A stretch of DNA of 64,000 bases from a virus (lineage: Duplodnaviria > Caudoviricetes), in IMG/VR virus record IMGVR_UViG_2898902220_000006, positions 20,854-84,853 of that record; one strand, 5' to 3'. Made by a program: the position numbers and the translations under genes. The notes beneath the pieces were generated by a model, which saw nothing but the letters and a program-made list of their open reading frames with translations, had not been told where the DNA came from and made no database searches. Position 1 is the stretch's first letter; each line of letters starts with the position of its first letter. This document shows, in pieces, positions 61,324 through 64,000 of the stretch.

Positions 61324-61715
61324 TTAACCTTAGGATTATATTTGTCAATTATTTTACTTACATAATTTTCTTTATGTCCTTTGGGAGTACCTTTTTTATT
61401 GCCCTCTTGGATGTCAGGAAATTTTTCATATAAAATTTGTAATAGGTGTCGATTAAAATCTTTTAACTGTTCCTCTTCAAATTTTTCTATATCTCGAATT
61501 ACTCTTGAAATAATAAGGGTCCTACTAAGATACACATATTCCTTATAATGAAAACCTAATAATTCCAAAAAGCTTTTAATCTCGTCATTTTTTTTAAATT
61601 GTTCTTTTGATAAAATGAGAATACTCATAAATCCAAATAAAAATGAATGTAACAAGGAAGTATCATTTTCTGTAGAAATAGTCTTTTTAGCTTTATTTAA
61701 AAGTTTATTGTTCAT
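61320..61715 (-). CDS. Unknown 131-aa protein coupled to ParA
   Basis: Starts 11 nt inside the parA 3' end; YKEYVYLSRTLIISRVIRDI segment. Confidence 0.75.
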   Translation of the reverse strand: MNNKLLNKAKKTISTENDTSLLHSFLFGFMSILILSKEQFKKNDEIKSFLELLGFHYKEYVYLSRTLIISRVIRDIEKFEEEQLKDFNRHLLQILYEKFPDIQEGNKKGTPKGHKENYVSKIIDKYNPKVK

Positions 61716-62562
61716 CTAATTTCTCTATCCTTTCTAAAAATTCCGTGGCTATTGACTTAATAATTTCTTCTAATTTTACGTCATCTCTATCAGCAATGAA
61801 AGTGTCCATTTTACCAGTAAGTAGTTTTTCATAATATGGAAGTGTCTTTTCAAAAATATGAATATCTTTACTAACTGCAAAATCTCGAATATCTGCAATT
61901 CTTTTACTCATCCCAGGGCTCTCAGAGGACATAGTTATTACGATCCCAATACATTTAATATCTCTACCGTTAAGAGCTAATGCTTGATCTACCTCAACAA
62001 ATTTATTAATAACATTCGTAAGCATATTCAAACCTAACACAGAATATAAATCTGGTTTTGCTGGTATAAAGTAATAATCAGATGCTAATAATGCAGCAGT
62101 GGTATAGAAAGAATATGTAGGGGGACAATCTATTAGAATAAGGTCATACTTATCTTTTAACCCCCATTTATTAATAGTTAGCGCAAGCTTTTGTTCATTT
62201 GCACTATTATTGCTTCTTTCCATAAAAACAATCTGCAAATCCCCAGGTATTATATGAAGATTGTCTGTTAATTCTAAAATTACATCACTTATACTAGGGG
62301 AAGTCACTGATGAATCATATAAACTATGTATAGAAGGAATTTCCTCTTTTAGAATTTGATTCCCTTGGTCATCTCTGTCAAATGCTTTAGCTTGATATTT
62401 TTCATAGAATGATTGAGTACAATTTGATTGTGGATCAATATCAATCACGAGTACCTTAAGTCCTAAAGTATCAGCTAGATAGAATGAAAGATCTTTACAT
62501 AAAGTGGTTTTTCCAACCCCTCCTTTCATATTCAAAAATGAAATTACTTTACCTTTACCCAT
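61705..62562 (-). CDS. ParA/Soj-family ATPase
   Basis: Deviant Walker A KGGVGKTT, DIDPQSN, DCPPT. Confidence 0.92.
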   Translation of the reverse strand: MGKGKVISFLNMKGGVGKTTLCKDLSFYLADTLGLKVLVIDIDPQSNCTQSFYEKYQAKAFDRDDQGNQILKEEIPSIHSLYDSSVTSPSISDVILELTDNLHIIPGDLQIVFMERSNNSANEQKLALTINKWGLKDKYDLILIDCPPTYSFYTTAALLASDYYFIPAKPDLYSVLGLNMLTNVINKFVEVDQALALNGRDIKCIGIVITMSSESPGMSKRIADIRDFAVSKDIHIFEKTLPYYEKLLTGKMDTFIADRDDVKLEEIIKSIATEFLERIEKLDEQ

Positions 62563-62777
62563 TTTGATAGCCCCGTTTCATAATATAAGTTAAATTTTTA
62601 AAAAAATACCTCTGTAAACGTTATTACTTCAAATATAACAAAAAATAGGAATTCGTGCATACGAAGTATCATAAGTGTTTATATCATCAATACAACCATT
62701 GCATCCAGTTGTTACCTTACTTCGTTATCTGCTGGAGGAATTTTTCATTTAAACAACTTCTTAATCACCTTTAAAAC

Positions 62778-62819
62778 ATACGAAACCCCTCCAACGTTAG
62801 AGAAGGAGGGGTTTCGTAT
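62778..62819. terminator. Strong hairpin terminator after the Kelch gene
   Basis: Perfect 15-bp inverted repeat ATACGAAACCCCTCC / GGAGGGGTTTCGTAT. Confidence 0.8.
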
Positions 62820-64000
62820 TATCTACTGTATTCTTGGACTTCAAAGCTTTCGATGTGACTGTAGCTAATGAAGTCTTTTCTAGAATTGAAAGGTCCGATG
62901 TTGTATTTCTTATTAACGATGTATGCTTCTCTACCGTTTCCTTTTGCTCTACCTTCATACCATTCGGTAAAGTTTCTGATTTCTTCATTTGTCATTTCAA
63001 ATTCTTTGATTAAACCACTATCCATGTAAATAACCAAGAGTGCATTTCCAGTTGGATTTGGGTTAGGGTCTGGATCTGGATCCGGATTAACTAGATCAGA
63101 AAGATTTAATTCTAAAACATCTGAAGTAGTACTAGGTGCTCTCCCACCAATAACATATAGTTTACCGTTTACAATGCCATAAGTACCACCAGTAGTTCTA
63201 TTTAACAGGGCTACAGAGTATGTAACTAATTTGTTGTTACTAACATCATAACTATATAATGTTGTTGGAGTTACAAATACAATCTTGTCATCAAATGCTA
63301 ATGAGCCCAAGACCATTCCAATTTCTGAAGGAATTTCATCTACTTGTGTCCATGTATCTTGTAAATGGTTATAAAGGTAAATTGTGTTTTTATCATCACC
63401 ATTGTGAATTACATATATTGAATTGTCTTTAATGAATGATACAGTGTGTCCTTTAAAAGGCATCGGATTTTTAGAAACCCAAGAATTCGTTTCGGGATTA
63501 AATGAGTATACTAAATCAGTGCGTTCATTTCCATTTTCTATTCCACCAAAAGTATAGATAGTATTATCTAAAGAAGCAGCATTAAGAAAACGAAGAGATT
63601 TTGGCATTGACCGGGCTGACGTCCATTTATTTGAAACAGGGTCAAACACTTCGACAATGTTAGTAGGTCCAGAGTCAGTGGCTCCCCCGATGGCATAAAA
63701 TTTTCCTTTGTTTTCTACAAATGCCATAGCACCTCTAGCATGAGAAGAGCTAGGTAACTTTTCCCACTCATCTTTTGCTGGATCATACATTTCAAGATTA
63801 GCTAGGGAACCAGATCCAGAAGTTCCCCCGTATACATAAATATTATCATCGTACACTATGCTACCAATGTTATATCTAGCTGTTGGCATTGGTGCTTTTT
63901 TAACCCATTCCATTTCTTCTGCTGCTAACGAATGCGGTTGAAAACTAAACAAGGTCATAATCATCGCTAAAGCGAATAGTCCTATTTTCTTTAGGTTCAT
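62819..64000 (-). CDS. Secreted Kelch-repeat beta-propeller protein with PD/PN linker and C-terminal domain
   Basis: Signal peptide; repeated IYV.GG...E.YDP....W units; NPDPDPDPNPNP linker. The ATG sits at the window edge. Confidence 0.88.
   Translation of the reverse strand: MNLKKIGLFALAMIMTLFSFQPHSLAAEEMEWVKKAPMPTARYNIGSIVYDDNIYVYGGTSGSGSLANLEMYDPAKDEWEKLPSSSHARGAMAFVENKGKFYAIGGATDSGPTNIVEVFDPVSNKWTSARSMPKSLRFLNAASLDNTIYTFGGIENGNERTDLVYSFNPETNSWVSKNPMPFKGHTVSFIKDNSIYVIHNGDDKNTIYLYNHLQDTWTQVDEIPSEIGMVLGSLAFDDKIVFVTPTTLYSYDVSNNKLVTYSVALLNRTTGGTYGIVNGKLYVIGGRAPSTTSDVLELNLSDLVNPDPDPDPNPNPTGNALLVIYMDSGLIKEFEMTNEEIRNFTEWYEGRAKGNGREAYIVNKKYNIGPFNSRKDFISYSHIESFEVQEYSR

Larger units (their letters stand above)
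17720..64000. mobile_element. Prophage 2, myovirus-type (PBSX/phiCD119-like tail, SPP1-type portal); right end beyond the window
   Basis: Integrase, immunity, replication, packaging, head, contractile tail, baseplate and lysis genes in canonical order; the yhbH 3' remainder was not found in the window. Confidence 0.92.

Noticed and set aside
61705-62562. Ordinary ParAB partition module
   Set aside because: No ParB-like partner or parS array seen, and the element integrates through a serine recombinase; kept only as the alternative hypothesis.
62562-62780. attR and the missing yhbH 3' end
   Set aside because: No frame continues YhbH after VNQYN and nothing matches the attL half-sites; the prophage probably extends past 64000.
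1-64000. tRNA, rRNA or IS elements
   Set aside because: No cloverleaf, rRNA-like segment or transposase motif recognised by eye; tRNAscan-SE and ISEScan would confirm.

Overview
Low-GC Firmicutes chromosome segment, probably Paenibacillaceae such as Brevibacillus (inferred from gene content). It is almost entirely two prophages flanking about 2.1 kb of host DNA. That host DNA is the 3' part of the sporulation gene prkA followed by a 3'-truncated yhbH, so each prophage appears to split one of two adjacent sporulation genes, and imperfect palindromic att-like sites are visible at both junctions. Prophage 1 (window start to about 15654) runs lysis genes, accessory genes, immunity switch, recombination and replication genes, ArpU, then the att site; its integrase and structural genes should lie left of the window. 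Its accessory region carries an HTH-TPR (RRNPP-like) receptor plus an overlapping 40-aa secreted propeptide missing from the ORF track. Prophage 2 (about 17720 to beyond 64000) is a myovirus-type element with a large serine recombinase. It has a type I toxin-antitoxin locus, a kinase-less Agr-like cassette (membrane protein, AgrB, Cys-less AgrD, LytTR-only protein), two tandem CI/Cro-like switches, replication genes, a C5 methyltransferase, a Tad2/DUF2829-like anti-defence gene, and complete head, contractile tail and lysis modules. After the lysin comes an AT-rich ParA-ATPase plus two unknown genes (candidate undescribed defence cassette) and a secreted Kelch protein. Family calls come from motif recognition by eye, not database searches.
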